DNA from: Zootoca vivipara
Taxonomy: Eukaryota
NCBI RefSeq assembly: GCF_963506605.1
Contig: NC_083288.1
Location: 21,390,001 to 21,454,000 of the forward strand
DNA length: 64,000 nt
Direction: 5' to 3'
Both the position numbers and the translations under genes were made by a program. The notes under the pieces were generated by a model. It was not told where the DNA came from, searched no databases, and worked only from the letters and a program-made list of their open reading frames with translations. Below are positions 47,536 through 60,846 of the stretch, piece after piece; position 1 is the first letter of the stretch; each line of letters starts with the position of its first letter.

Positions 47536-50384
47536 ATAGGGGTGTATGCTAGCGATTGCATTGGATTTGATTGGATATAGACAGTTGCAATCAAGAAAAC
47601 TGTGTTCTCACAGTGAAAAGTTAAAATATCCTGACTTGCAAGATAATACACGGAACATGAATAACCTAAATCACTTTTTTAAAAATAAAAAAAAACAACA
47701 ACCTTTTACAACCGTCTGGAAACCCTGCTGATCAGTGTATTCTGTACTAAAAAAAGAAACCTATTAGATATAATACTGTTCTTTGCCAAAAGTGTCTAGA
47801 AAAAAAGTGTAATAGCACATTGGCTGAGCATCCAGGCGGTACCTGGTCAAAACCGTAGCATCTTCAGTTAAAAGAATCAGGTGACGTGAAAGACCTCTGC
47901 CTGCAATCTGTGCCAATCACAAGCAAACAATATTGAGCTAAAAAGCCAAAATACTCTAAAACCTGGACTTTGTAGCTTTCTATGCAACGTCTGGTTTGCG
48001 TTTTTTTTTAAACAGAAGTAGCTCCCTTTCCATTCTGCCCAAAGAATTCTTGTAACATGTATGCATACTCAATACACGAAGCTCATCTATGGAAAGAGCT
48101 CATCCTATCTCTTTTCCAGGTAAACCACCACTAGACAAGGGCCTACAAGTACCGTTGTGTTGAAGCTATACAAGTGCATTCACTCTGCCTGTAAGACTTC
48201 ACAGGTAAATATACTGGTAATCTCTAAAAACAGACAAAGGAATAAGCTGCATAAAAGCATTTATCACAACTGTTGGCTGCTTCTACAAAGTACTACAATT
48301 CAATAAACATAGATCGCCATGGCAAGGCAATGACATTCTGTCATGACAAAAGCTACCCTTGTCATTAAAAATTCAAGTCTTAAAATGAGTGTGAAATTAA
48401 TGTGCACACAGAAAGCCAATATGGAAATAAAGCCTTAATAGAAGTATGCATTTTGAGTTTTCATTTTGAAACATGGATGCTTTCTTCAACTTTCACTACT
48501 AAAATGAAGTAAAATTAAATACAATATAAAGCTCTACCTTCAGAGTACACTTCTTACTTAAAGACTCATCTGATGAGCCATTTATGCACATGACAATATT
48601 TTGGTGTGTGTTCTAGACTGACACTCAGTTCATGCAGCACCACCTAACATCTTTCTTCAATGTATTCAATTTCCTTGGGTGCATGTCATTCTCAATGGCT
48701 CCAACCCACCAATCTCAGATGTCATGCCTGTTTGTGATCTAGCAAACAGAAAGGAAAGCAGAATAGCTGAGAATAGATGCCAAAAAGGAAAGTAGTGTTG
48801 ACTGTGGATTGATTGGAACATCAGGCTTGGCTGTGGGACACCTAGGTTCAAATGAAGTAGATCTGTGAGGATAGTCAGAAAGGCTTGCTGGGCCTTATGC
48901 CTGTATCTCTCCTCACTGAGGAGCATGTGCTTAACCCATGGTTGACAAGAGTTGCCTCAGAATAGGGTGAAGGCAAAGTAAACAAAGGTCAATCCTTCCA
49001 TTGAAAAGAACATGCAAGTCCAACCTCTCTCTTCCATTGCCTGAAACTAATTGTGAGCAGGAGGCAGCAAACCTCACCCCCCCCCCCCAAAAAAATAGAC
49101 AGGGATTTAGCCTCTTTGCACTCAATAGGATAGATTTTAAAAGCATAATGTTAAGCTATGGTTTGGCATTATGTCAGAAATGAGCCTGTTCAACTTTCAG
49201 GCTTATGCACATATGCGCGCGCACAAACATGCACTGGGGAGAAAATAAAAAACTTCCATTTTAGCTTTATAACTAAGCAATTCTAAACACACATAAATGA
49301 ACCTGGGGAACTAAAGTTTGCTTTAACATATAGTTATAGAACAAACCAGTATATCAGACCATGGTGTTTTAAGAGGTGGCATCATTTTATAGGAAGTGGA
49401 AACAGCAGCAATTAAGTAAGAGCAATTAAGCAGCATTGGAGTATGGCAGTAGTTAAGCATTTGGCATTCTGAAGGACAAAGGTACAAACTGGAAATGTGA
49501 AGTTTAAACAGTTTGTATCATCACTGGGCAAAAACTCAGTGGATTTTGATCCCTGCTAATCTTTAGATTCCATATGGAAATAAAGCCTGCTGCAACAGGA
49601 TGGTGTAACAGTGTTCTCAGCAAACTAAAGGGAGGGGGATGAACATCTGCCTTGAATATTTCAGGGTCTGGAAAGTGCACTTATCCCAACCAGAAGTGTC
49701 ATTAAATCCTCCTGACAGGCAGCCTTTGATCAGGATGGAGAAACATGCAACCCAAAGGAATACTCGCTGAAAGCTTATGTTGCTTCTGTAGTGGTTGTTT
49801 CACAATGCTGAACACTCTACATAGTGCTGACTTGGTATCGTACTATTCCTTAATTGTTTAGCAATTCAGTCATATAATCAGAACACTGAGAGGTATTCAA
49901 CTAACAAAAAAGATTTCATACTGAAACATACAAAAAATTATCATACTGTGATAAGGGTTTTCCATGTCCACTGAAGCTGCAAAATACTGAGAAACAAAAT
50001 GCTAAGGGCCACACCCATAACAGACATGTTTAGGGGCTATAGTACTCACACGAGTTGGAGGAACAGCGGGGCTTGGTTGACCAGGTGCTCCCCATTTTTT
50101 GAGTACCATTTCCAGGTACCCAGCACTGTGCATGTGCACAATTGCGCACAAATAGAACACATGTAAATTGGAAGTTGCCTGTAATATGTTCACTTGCTTG
50201 AACTAGGACTTTTATTCTGAGATGTGCCACTTACATGTTATTCTCAACCTTCTCAGACCATGAAACCACTTTTAACTCAAACATGCATTTGGAGACCCAT
50301 TTCTTAATTTTTTTATTATCTTAATCTTTTGCATGGTGGTTGTGCTCTTGTTGCCACCCACCTTGAATGAGGCTATGCCCCACT

Positions 50385-50736
50385 CAGGTGTCGGCAAGGT
50401 TATCCAGCTATGGGCCGGATCATTCCCACAGACATCATCCGTGGGCCGGACAGGCGCAGTGCAACACCGAAAATGGCATCTGTGCATGCCCGCAGCGCCG
50501 GAAATCGCTTCTGCAGCTGCGCAGACGTCGGAAATCGCGCCTGCGCAGAAGCGATTTCTGGCGTCTGGGCATGCGCAGACACGAATTCCGGCGTCTGCAC
50601 AGGCACCATTTTCAGTGTCGCTTGGTGAGTCCCCGCGCCACTCTGCGCCAGTTTAGCACAGCGCGGGGGGGGGGGACTCGCCGAGCGGGCAGCTTGGTTC
50701 ACGGGCGGCCTGTGGGCCAGAGGTGGCCGATCCCTG
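50385..50736. mobile_element. CpG-rich hAT-type non-autonomous element
   Basis: caggtgtcggcaa ... tggccgatccctg termini, gggccgg subterminal motifs, internally palindromic GC-rich core. No intact 8-bp TSD seen. Confidence 0.7.
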
Positions 50737-52484
50737 CACTAGTGGGTCCTGACTAAGCAACATCCTTCCTTCAAAGGAAAGCAATCTTTTCTTCTTTTTT
50801 TGTCTCTACTTTGAGACTCTGAGCTGGGAAAATTTCAGGCAGCAGTTTGTATAAAAATTGATGCTGTCACTTATTTTCAAATATTTCCCCACTCTCTTGG
50901 TATTCTCATCTTACTGAGATTGCAGTATCAAACTTTCAAGAAGTGAAATGGAATGTGGAGAAAAGGAGGGAGGATCGGGGTAAAAGAAGAAAGAACAGAA
51001 GCCACTGTGAATGAGGGAAGAAATAATACAACAAAAATAACTCAATCTAAACTCATCTTTATAAAGAGGAATTGCAAGCTATTACAGGTAATGAAGAAGA
51101 AAACTGCATCTTATTAAACATTAACTGAACAGATTAGTGGCTCAGCACCTGAAAGTCAAAAGAAAAACATCTTGACTGTGAAGCACAGTAAGAACCTTTG
51201 CATTAGAACCAAAAAAAGGAAAAATAATTTATATTCCAAGATGTAATTTGGCAGGCCAATACTAACTGTACTTACCTGGAAGTACCGTAAATCCTTTCAA
51301 CTTCAACAAAAAAATATGCTTAAGATTGAAGACCAAATCAAGAGAGTATGAAGACTGGAACAATTCATTGATTGACACTGGTGTACATTTCCTACTGACT
51401 TCTTTCAAGTGAACTGAAGACAACTGACTTACTACTGTATTTCAAAGCCACAAAAGCCTGACAAGAAGCCTGAACATCCAAGGCAGCAGTAAAGATTACA
51501 TGGGAAAGTATTCCTCTCACATAGTCAAACATAACTTTAACAAATGACTTCTAGAAATGTGCCAAATTCTTTGTAGCCAGCATCAGGAGTCCTGATTAGG
51601 GCTGAAAATTATTCTGAATCCATAGATACCAGCACAAAATTTTTAGAAATCCAGGCAAATGGACACATGGGGTCCCCCCCCCCAATCGTTGCAGGGGAGC
51701 AGGGCACAAAAACTGAAGTAGAAATCAACTGCAGTTTTTCATACTGAGAGTTATTTAATATAAAAACACAATTAAATGTGGTTTTCTGATTAAACATGGC
51801 AATTACTTGCATATTTAGTCTTAGTTGATTCTCAATACAGTGTCATTACATGAAATATACTGCACATGTCATTTTTGGGTTCCTTTCTTTCTATTTTAGG
51901 ATACTGCTCTGAGATTTTACTTGTTGTGATCTATGGCCATATAACCAAATAAAGTACTATGACGAGCCATGAAAGACTATAAGCCTTCAACCAACAGAGC
52001 ACTATGCATATTCACAATTTGTTTGCAAAGAGCTTGTAGTACAGATTAAAATAACTACATCTACAAAGCAATTTCTGAAATTACAGAGTGGCCAGATGGA
52101 TATGTCAATTAATTAATGATTCCAAATTATAGTCCTGCAATATGAAAAAGCTTGGACCCTGGCCAAAGGTTGTTCACAGTTATGTTCCAAAGGAAGGACA
52201 AAGGCAAGTGTTCAAGCCAGAATTGCACATACTGGGAAGGAAATAGATTATACTGGGATGCTTCCTTCCCTTTTATAGGACTGAAACATTCACTGTATTT
52301 GAGGATTTGGCTACGATTGTGCATTCCTCCCTTCACTGTGTGCCTGCTTCTCTGCTAAAATACTGGCCTGCATTAATCAGGAGTTCTCCATTACATCCCA
52401 ACTGGAGAACTCTAGCAATGTTGGTTAACAAACCAATAAGTCAAGATCTGATCAGGTAGGCCTGAGGGCCTGAAGCATACAAGC

Positions 52485-52742
52485 AGACCCTTAGTGTCAT
52501 CTGATCCAACCTCCTTCAATGCAGGATTCTCAACTAAAACATCCATGACAGACGGCCATGCAACCTCTGATTAAAAACCTCCACTGAAAGAGAACCCACC
52601 AACTTCCGAGACAGACAGTTCCACTGTTGATCAGCTCTTACTGTCAGAAAGTTCTTCCTGATGTGTAGTCAGAATCTCTTTTCTAGTAATTTGAATCCAT
52701 TGGTTCAGATCCTACCCTTCAGAGAAGGAGAAAACAAGCTAC
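52485..52742 (-). mobile_element. CR1 LINE 3' fragment
   Basis: ttccactgttgatcagctcttactgtcagaaagttcttcctgatg...ttgaatccattggttc aligns with the 11821-12290 copy. Confidence 0.85.
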
Positions 52743-53736
52743 TGTAGCTCCATCTTAAAGCAAGCCATGTGTCTGACTTGGTTTTGGGTTACTGTTTTGA
52801 AAAGTTGCCTCACAAACATATCACCTTTTCCTATCCATAGGATACAATTTCTCACTCCTGGCAACAAGAACACACATGCATCCAGGTAAGGAAGCCCATA
52901 TGCACAACTGATTAAAATCCAATCAACAACCACTGACCCATTAAAAGCAGCAATAAAAGGAAACAGACAAATGCAGGCCACAAATGTTCTTCCACTTGGC
53001 CCACTGCTCACTTGGTGCCCCCAGCTGGCTAAACGAGCCTTTTAGCCTTGGACAACTTTTTAATAGTAGTCTTTAAAAAATGGAGAAAATGGCTATAAAT
53101 ACAAAAATCTGTCCTCAGCCCCATATTTCCTCTTGTCTCCGTTCCTCCCCAATCTTCAGCAAAGACATCAACAATGATCTGAGTCATTAAACCTTGGCAA
53201 CCTATTAAAAATGTGAGTAATAGCAATGAAGTGCAATATCAATGTAGTGAATAAGTGCACTGGCTTGGCCCTTTGCAACAAAGCTTTGACCCAAACTGAC
53301 TGACCACTATCCTATCAGTAGCACTACAACTCTGCTTCAAACTCTCAACGCACTAGCATCAAGATTTTATTTGCCAGTGATTTCCCTGCCCTGGGGAAGG
53401 GAATGGTAATTTACACACAAGTTAATAATAGACCACAGTTCTGGGGAGAGAATAATAATAAGGGAAAGGGAGGATGAGTTGATCTTTTGCAGGACACCAT
53501 TTGCTTTTACAATGTGTTCTAAGATATTACCCTGGGATTTGGCAAGTCCATAACTACTAAAAGCTTCTGCTAAGTGCTATAATTAATTCTCTCTGGACAA
53601 GCGTGAATATTACACTTTTTATATGGGCTCCATTTAAGAATCATTGGAATGTCACCACAAATTTTCAAAAACTCTTAACCCTCCTCTTCCCCCAAGCTGG
53701 GAAGAACAGCTCAATCATCTAAATGCCTTCTATAAC

Positions 53737-53918
53737 ATCAGACATCATGTTGGTGGTTGAAAGAAGTTTGTGAGGCTTCTTTACCCAGCAACAGGGAAAG
53801 AAATCCTGAAATCCCCACCAGTTCAGATCAGAAATCATGTTGGTGGTTGAATGAAGTTTGTGAGGCTTCTTTACCCAGCAACAGGGAAAGAAATCCTGAA
53901 ATCCCCACCAGTTCAGAT
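53737..53918. repeat. 90-bp tandem duplication (2 copies, 2 mismatches)
   Basis: Copies start at 53737 and 53827; visible as the duplicated peptide in ORF 53757..53945. Confidence 0.95.
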
Positions 53919-54351
53919 AGGAACTGTGCTTTTTTAAATAAATAAATAAATAAAATGCCTGAGAGTAATAACATTATCCCTAACTAGCCCTCATCAAAAA
54001 TTCCAGGTTCTGAGGAAAAACCCAAAACTTCTCTCAAGTCATTAATCAACTAATTTTGCTAGAGGGAAACTTTGCAAAAGTGATGAAGCTCCAATTCTCA
54101 ATCCTTTAGATTCCCCTTACAGCCCCCCCCCTTTCACAGACACTTTTGTCTTCACAGCCCTCTTTTGATCTCTGGTTTGGCAACTATGGGGCAAGATCAC
54201 AGAACAAACTCTCAGGAAGCTGGATATTATGTTGAATAAATAAAGCAAAAACATGCAAATCCAGACACTTTAAACATAGTTATTTCTACATAGTTATTCC
54301 TAGAAAAGAGAGGGTCTGATGTAAGCTTGGTGGTAAGAGCAGTGTTAGAAA

Positions 54352-54356
<5 letters not shown>

Positions 54357-54407
<51 letters not shown>
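54357..54407. repeat. (AT)n microsatellite
   Basis: Seen directly. Confidence 0.95.
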
Positions 54408-54409
<2 letters not shown>

Positions 54410-54494
54410 CTAGGTGCCAAATGGCCCCTTAAACCAAGGTTAAAGTTTGAATGTCTAGTTGTCATTTTGGAGCACGACAACTCTAGAATGCATG

Positions 54495-54548
54495 CTTAGA
54501 TGTATGAAGTCCCAGTATCTTCTTAGATGTATGAAGTCCCAGTATCTT
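54495..54548. repeat. Perfect 27-bp tandem duplication
   Basis: cttagatgtatgaagtcccagtatctt x2. Confidence 0.95.
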
Positions 54549-54848
54549 AAAAGGGAATGTAACAAAGGGTCCCAAGAATTCAGAAAACGAAGTTAAAGAT
54601 GCCAAGTTAGCCACTAATAAGCAAACTGAACTACCTGTATATAGATTGTTCCATTTTATTCTTTTTATTTATACCAACTGTCAGCCCTGTCGTAAAGGGG
54701 TGAAATGGCCTCCACATCCTTAGATCTATTTTTGTAACTAATTCTCATCCTCAATATGTGGATGTTCTAGCATTTTTCAAAACTTTGCCCTGAAAAAGCA
54801 GTTTTCTTCATGTTTAATATTCTAGCAACTTAGTGCTGGATGGAATAC

Positions 54849-54981
54849 TAAGGTTACCAGATTTTTTTCAATGAATCCGGGGACACTTTTCAACTTCAAT
54901 AGGAATGATAGGATTTTGTCAGGGGACTGATTTGTAAATCCGGGGACTGTCCCCAGGAAATGGGGACGTCTGGTAATCTTA
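54849..54981. mobile_element. hAT (Tip100-like) MITE
   Basis: taaggttaccaga ... tctggtaatctta TIRs; TSD tggaatac / tggaacac (7 of 8 match); internal ccggggac repeats. Confidence 0.75.
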
Positions 54982-55753
54982 TGGAACACCCCCTTCCACC
55001 CATCTCCAGGCAGCATTAGCTTACCACAAGCTGAGAACTACTGCATATTGTGCAGAAGCGGCTTGTCTCAAGCCAGGAAAACATAGAAGCACTGTTTGAA
55101 CACCCAACACCCACTGCAAACAAAATACTGTTCTCTAATTACTAACAGTGTGTGCTGTCTGATCTCTGAAAAGAGCGATCTGCTCATTATTTCATCCACT
55201 TTCTTTGTATTCAGCATTTACACGGCACCTTTTATTTACAAGGTGGTTCATCACCTTAAGAGGCAGAACCCTAGTATCCCTATATTAAAATGTTAGCTTA
55301 GTGTACATGAGTATGAATGACTTGCCTAAGACATCATAACTAGGCCATGACAGACTTAAAAACATATCTTTCAAAACCAAGCCTACCAAAACAAAATGTA
55401 TCTCAAAAGTTACACTAACTTTTGCTTTTAAAGCCATCCTTTGGCCCAATATTTGCAAGAGAGGCAAACATACACAACAGTATTTCATTTTGCATAGCAG
55501 CCAGGCAATTAAAAGCTAGTCATAGTAAAGTTAAATAAAGGCATTGGCTTCTGACTCATTCCAACAGGTGCCACAGAGCATTTATCCAGCAAGTCCTCTG
55601 CCAGATTTATTCTCTTCCACTTTCAAAGCCATTATGCTCTGGCAGTATCCCAAATGGAATCAAATTTCTTAATCCTATCAAAAAAATAGTCAAGGTACAG
55701 TATGCGAATAAACATATTACAAATACATTTCCAGTGCAACCAAACCATGCAGT

Positions 55754-56220
55754 TATTATTTTTATTATTCAATTTATTACCTGCCCTTCATACTAAGGTC
55801 CGTAGGCAGGTTACAGCAATTTAAAGTACAATATTAAAAACACTTTTAAAAACCTAGTTACAAAAAACTGTAATATAGGGTGGGTTGAAAATATGCATCT
55901 CAGGTGTCAAATGCCAGAGTAAAGAAGTCCGTCTTCAGCATTAATCAAACACTGTGTAATAGAGTTCCCAGACACACCTCTATGAGGAGGGAGTTTCACA
56001 ACTTAGGGGCTGCCACAAATAATGTTCTCTCCTGGGGCAGCAAGCTACTGAATGCCCAGCCAATTATCTGGCCACTACATTTGGGACCAATTAAAATTTC
56101 TGAGTCATATTTAAGGGCAGCTTCACATAGAACCCACTGCAGTAATCCAATCTGAAAGTTATCGGAGCATGGAGTACAATGGCCAAGTCATTTCTGTCCA
56201 AAAGGGGCAATAAACTGGTG
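55754..56220 (-). mobile_element. Old L2-like LINE remnant
   Basis: ttattatt tail then tacctgcccttc...aggcaggttaca; ggagggagtttcacaacttaggggctgccac; cactgcagtaatccaa...ggagcatg are L2-like segments. Confidence 0.55.
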
Positions 56221-59029
56221 AACCAGCCTATGATCAACCAGTCTACGCACAGGCAAGTGCAACCCCGCCCAAGACAGAATGTCTCCCGTCCTCCCAGACA
56301 TGAGAACTTGGAACATATAACAAGTTTGTCTTTACAGGATTGAGTATATTGGCAGGCCCACATTCAGCCCATACTGTATACAAGACACATTCAGGCTTAG
56401 GCTAAGGATTTATATAAAGGATATTTAATATACCACAGAATCTTGGTTTTTGCTTTATAACAAAAATATATTAATTAGCTCTTTATAGTAAATTCCATAA
56501 TTACCAGCTCCAAATCAGCATTAAGAACTACATACCTATGCATTGTGTCAAACCAACTGTCTACCTCATCACCTTATTTCTGACAACTGACAGCCAGATA
56601 CCCCCAGGATGTGCAGAAGCAGGATACAGTATCAATGCTTCCACATCCCTGGAACCCCAAATTACATATATAAGAAAGTTGTAGTTCATAAAAATATCAA
56701 CACTGCCTCCCAAACAGCAGGAACCAAAAACTGCATGCATGCTACATCAAAAAAATGGGAGAACAGAGGTGGGAACTCTCAACCAGTTGGGCCTCCTGGC
56801 TTAAGCAGAGGTGTAGGTTGGTGTAGCAGATACTTCAGGCTCAGCAAAACAAAGAGCACTTCAGAGGGGCTGACAACAATGCACCTTTGAGCAAGGTGCC
56901 TCAATTGCCTTTAACTGCCCTTGACTTGACCCACCTCTAGTAAGACCTGTTGATCCAAGTAAGCAAGCACTTCTCAAACTATGGTCGAGGGACCACTAAG
57001 TGGGCCATGGTCTGACACCTTATGGTATGACGGATGCTAGCAGCTCACAACATACAAAAATACAAAGGCACATGTGGGAGCAGGAGTTGGCTAGAATGGA
57101 GGCTGACACATGCAAAATTGGAGAAAAGGAAAAGGAAGGGAAGATGTGGCTGGCTGAATGTAAGGATAGGAAGAAAAACAAATGGGAAGGAGGAACTGAG
57201 TGAGAGGAAAAGGAGAAGCAGCACTGAACCTTCTTGTCCCTTTAAACACGGTTTCCTTAGAATAAAGGGACATACTTGCTGGTGTGGTTCATAATGCTGC
57301 CCATGCAAGACTGAAAGACTTCCATTCACCAGATAAAAATCAACCCAGTTTATTTTAAGGCAATGTTTCATGTTCTTTTAGGTCTTCCACAGATCTACCC
57401 AAACATAAAAACACATTTTGTATGGTAGTGCTGGTAAATCCCTCTTATGATTCCCCCTAGATACAACCTAGATTAAATTGAAGTAATAAGTACCCAGAAA
57501 GGCTGAAGCTACAGATTTAATGATTCATGTGTGTTAAAACTCAATTGCTTTATCCTTAGAGCCATTCTGAAGGGAGCTATTCTCACCATTCTATAGACTG
57601 AAAACTAGCCCGATAGAGAACAAGGAGCATGAAATGTTTCCGCAGGTTAGGAGCAACATTTTAGACATTTTTCAAGTCCTGCCCAAGCTCACCCAGTAAG
57701 TCCATTACAGAGCAAGGGCTTGAACCCTCATCTCTCAGGTCCAGTATTCTATTCACTGGCACATACCACCACAGAGCTGGAAAGATAATCTAATTCAAAA
57801 ACCCCAAAGAAGAATAATCCATTTCACCCTGCTTGCCCTTACCAATCAACTGTATTCTCCTCAATCCACAACAGAAAAGCAAATACATTTTTTAAAAATG
57901 ATACTCTCAGAGATCTAAGTGAGCTCGCATCACAAAGACAAAAAAGTATTAATAGAAAACCAAAACACTTTGCGGCATAGGCGATCCAAAATCAAACTGT
58001 GTGGATCTTCTCTTCTGTTGTGTCATAGGGGAAACCTACTTTTGTGGATCAAATTCCATTTTGTGGATCAAAACGAAAACTTGATGGCAGATAGAATAGC
58101 AAAAAGTAGATCTAAACAATTAATCAAATTGATAAGGAAATGTAAGAATTGTCTGTTCTCATTGCCAATGCCTGATAGATCACCTACTGCCTACTCTGTT
58201 TCAATACCAAATGTTTTCCACTAAGCTGTGATGTGCAACATTAATTCTGGGAGTAAAGCAAAGGGCCACACAGGAGGGAACTCCACTACCTGAAAGGATT
58301 TAACTTATGAATGATACCATGATCACCACACCCTGAGAAGCCACGGACGTCAATTCTACTGACTGGATCCAACTAGCCACTGAGACAGGCTTCCTTATGA
58401 CAAAAGCTCAAGTCAGAGGCTGAACAATTCTGATCATAGTGCAAGTATGCATACAACCTGCTCTTCATAAGGTTGCACTCCCTGAAGCTGCAGGTTTGCA
58501 TGCTGAGAATATTCCTAGGTCCAAATGGACCCTTGCATTTCCATGTGGAGGCAGGGAAGAGGAGATTCATCCATTTCCTTGAGAAACCAAACGTTGCCTC
58601 AGTTATTCATACTCCGGTCACATCCTTGTTAATTACTATAGCATGCTTTACATAGAATGAGACTTACAGGGTACTGACCAAATATGGAAGATCAGATCAT
58701 ATTAAACTAGTTCTTAGCCAGCTGCACTATTTACCAATTTGTTTTGAGGCTCAGCTCAAGTCCTGAACATCTTGGGTCCAAAATATTTAAAGAACTGGCT
58801 CTCCAAGAACTTCTGCCCATCTTCTCAGAGACCTCTCCACCTTCACGTGCAGCAGAAGTGTGAGAGAGAGGGGGCTTTTTTTGGTTGTGGCACCAGGTTT
58901 GGAATAACTCCCCAAGTTATACTTGGCCTAATCATTGCTCACTTTTAGGCAAGTAGCAAAGATTTCTACTCCATATCAGCAGTTTTTAGAATATATTTCT
59001 TAGGAATCTTTATTTATAAATTGCCTTAA

Positions 59030-59350
59030 AGGTAAAGGGATCCCTGACTATTAGGTCCAGTCGTGGACGACTCTGGGGTTGCAGCGCTAATCTTGCTCTA
59101 TAGGCTGAGGGAGCCAACGTACAGCTTCTGGGTCATGTGGCCAGCATGACTAAGCTGCTTCTGGTGAACCAGAGCAGCGCACGGAAACACCGTTTACCTT
59201 CCCGCCGGAGCGGTCCCTATTTATCTACTTGCACTTTGACGTGCTTTCGAACTGCTAGGTTGGCAGGAGCTGGGACCGAACAACGGGAGCTCACCCCGTC
59301 GTGGGGATTCGAACCGCTGACCTTTAACCCACAGTGCCACCTGCGTCCCC
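59030..59350 (-). mobile_element. Sauria SINE, both ends intact, internal deletion in the head region
   Basis: ggtaaagggatccctgactattaggtccagtcg...ggggattcgaaccgctgacc...gccacctgcgtccc; TSD ataaattgccttaa / ataaatcaccttaa (12 of 14 match) at 59016-59029 and 59351-59364. Confidence 0.9.
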
Positions 59351-60569
59351 ATAAATCACCTTAATCCTTCAGAAATATATAAATATTAGAAATTAAACAT
59401 TTCAGTCACCATATATTTTACAACACAACCACAGGAAATATTAATTATGCTTTGAGTTTCGCAAAAGCTTTTAATACAGATATGGCTTGGCATGCCATTA
59501 AAAAATTTGCAAGGCAAGGCCTTTAGAACCGGAGCATGACAACACTGAGAAAGCCAGAACAGGAAGTTCTACAATGGCAAAGTTTCTGGTCAGCTAACTG
59601 TGGAAAGATAAGGCATATAGTTCCAGTACAGAAGTAACAATCCCAATTTCTTAACCACCATTATGAGAGTATGAGGGGGTTGCAGGATAGCTTACTAGAT
59701 CTTTTTGGCCCCTTGCCTCCCACAAGAATTCCACCGCACTGCCAGTCTTAATTGTGGTTCCATGTTACATCAGCACTAATAGTAATCACAGATGATGCTA
59801 ATGAGGTTCTCTCAACCATGGGAAAAAACCTCAAATCCTGAGGAAGAGAAATCGTACTCGAGGAGGGAAGGAGCATGCAATCCCATGGCTCCCACTATTT
59901 TAAAGTGTCATTACTGTTTTTAAAACTATGCTACTTTTGTGTAAGTCTTGCAAAAAAGTGGAGTATACATTCACAAGTAATAGTAGCAATAAATAATCTA
60001 AAAAAAATTATTCATCTGTCTGATGCATTCCATCCAACAGTCAACACCTTCCCTCATGGTTAATATACCGGCTTCTGTGTACAAGTGATGGAGAACTGAA
60101 TTCAGCTGGTGGGCCAGATTCTTAATTCTCTCATCCCCAAGGGCCAACTCTGAAAGGTGGTCAAAATCCCCACTCCCCATCAGCTGCATGAGGAAAATAC
60201 TTTTAGCATATATGCAAAATCCCTGCTGAACTGAACTTTCTGGTTCCCATCCATGTGCTCTCACCAGATATCATGCGCTTTGAACTTTGCAGAGAACCCA
60301 GAAACCCATATGTGTTCCTGTCAGCTCAATTGTACTAACACAGATTTAAACAGGCAGGAATCTGCCCACCCACCCATTAAATTTCGATAAAATTCTCAAT
60401 GAGAAGAGAAAAGGAGGTCTTCAGCAGATGGAAAGGTCACCAGGAATCCTCTTCCATCCCCCATATCACCTTTTGTATGTTGAAGTTATATATAAATGGC
60501 ATAGGACTGGCTGACTGAGAGAGACTAATTGATTGTCTACTCAAATCCCTTACTGTGAGGCAGACCACA

Positions 60570-60846
60570 ATGATGGAATCCACTGCAGTAAGATGTAGCA
60601 ACCAACCTGGATGACTTAAAAGAGGACATAACCACGCATGATAAGCTCGTCACTTTGTCACGATGGCTATGTAGTACTTTCAATGTTAAGAGGCAATGCT
60701 TCTTTGACCACCACTTTTTGGGCATTACAAGGAGGAGAGCTACTGTGCTTATGAGCTACCCATAGGGCTGTGGTTAGTCACTGTAAAAACAGTGCTGGAC
60801 TAGATGGGCCTTTGGTCTGACCCAGCAGGGCTCTTATGTTCTTATG
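60570..60846 (+). mobile_element. Old CR1-like LINE 3' end
   Basis: accaacctggatgacttaaaagagga ... tgctggactagatgggcctttggtctgacccagcagggctcttatgttcttatg tail. Confidence 0.65.

Noticed and set aside
50272-50756. Cluster of overlapping GC-rich ORFs or a CpG-island promoter
   Set aside because: Coincides with a TIR-bounded hAT-type element; the ORFs reflect stop-poor GC-rich palindromic sequence.
51265-51330. CAG|GTAAGT in intron 2 as a recursive splice site
   Set aside because: Poor pyrimidine tract, the intron is only 18.6 kb, and the context resembles a common old palindromic reptile repeat.
47125-59350. Inverted Sauria SINE pair forming dsRNA in intron 2
   Set aside because: About 12 kb apart, visibly diverged from each other, and no exon lies between them.
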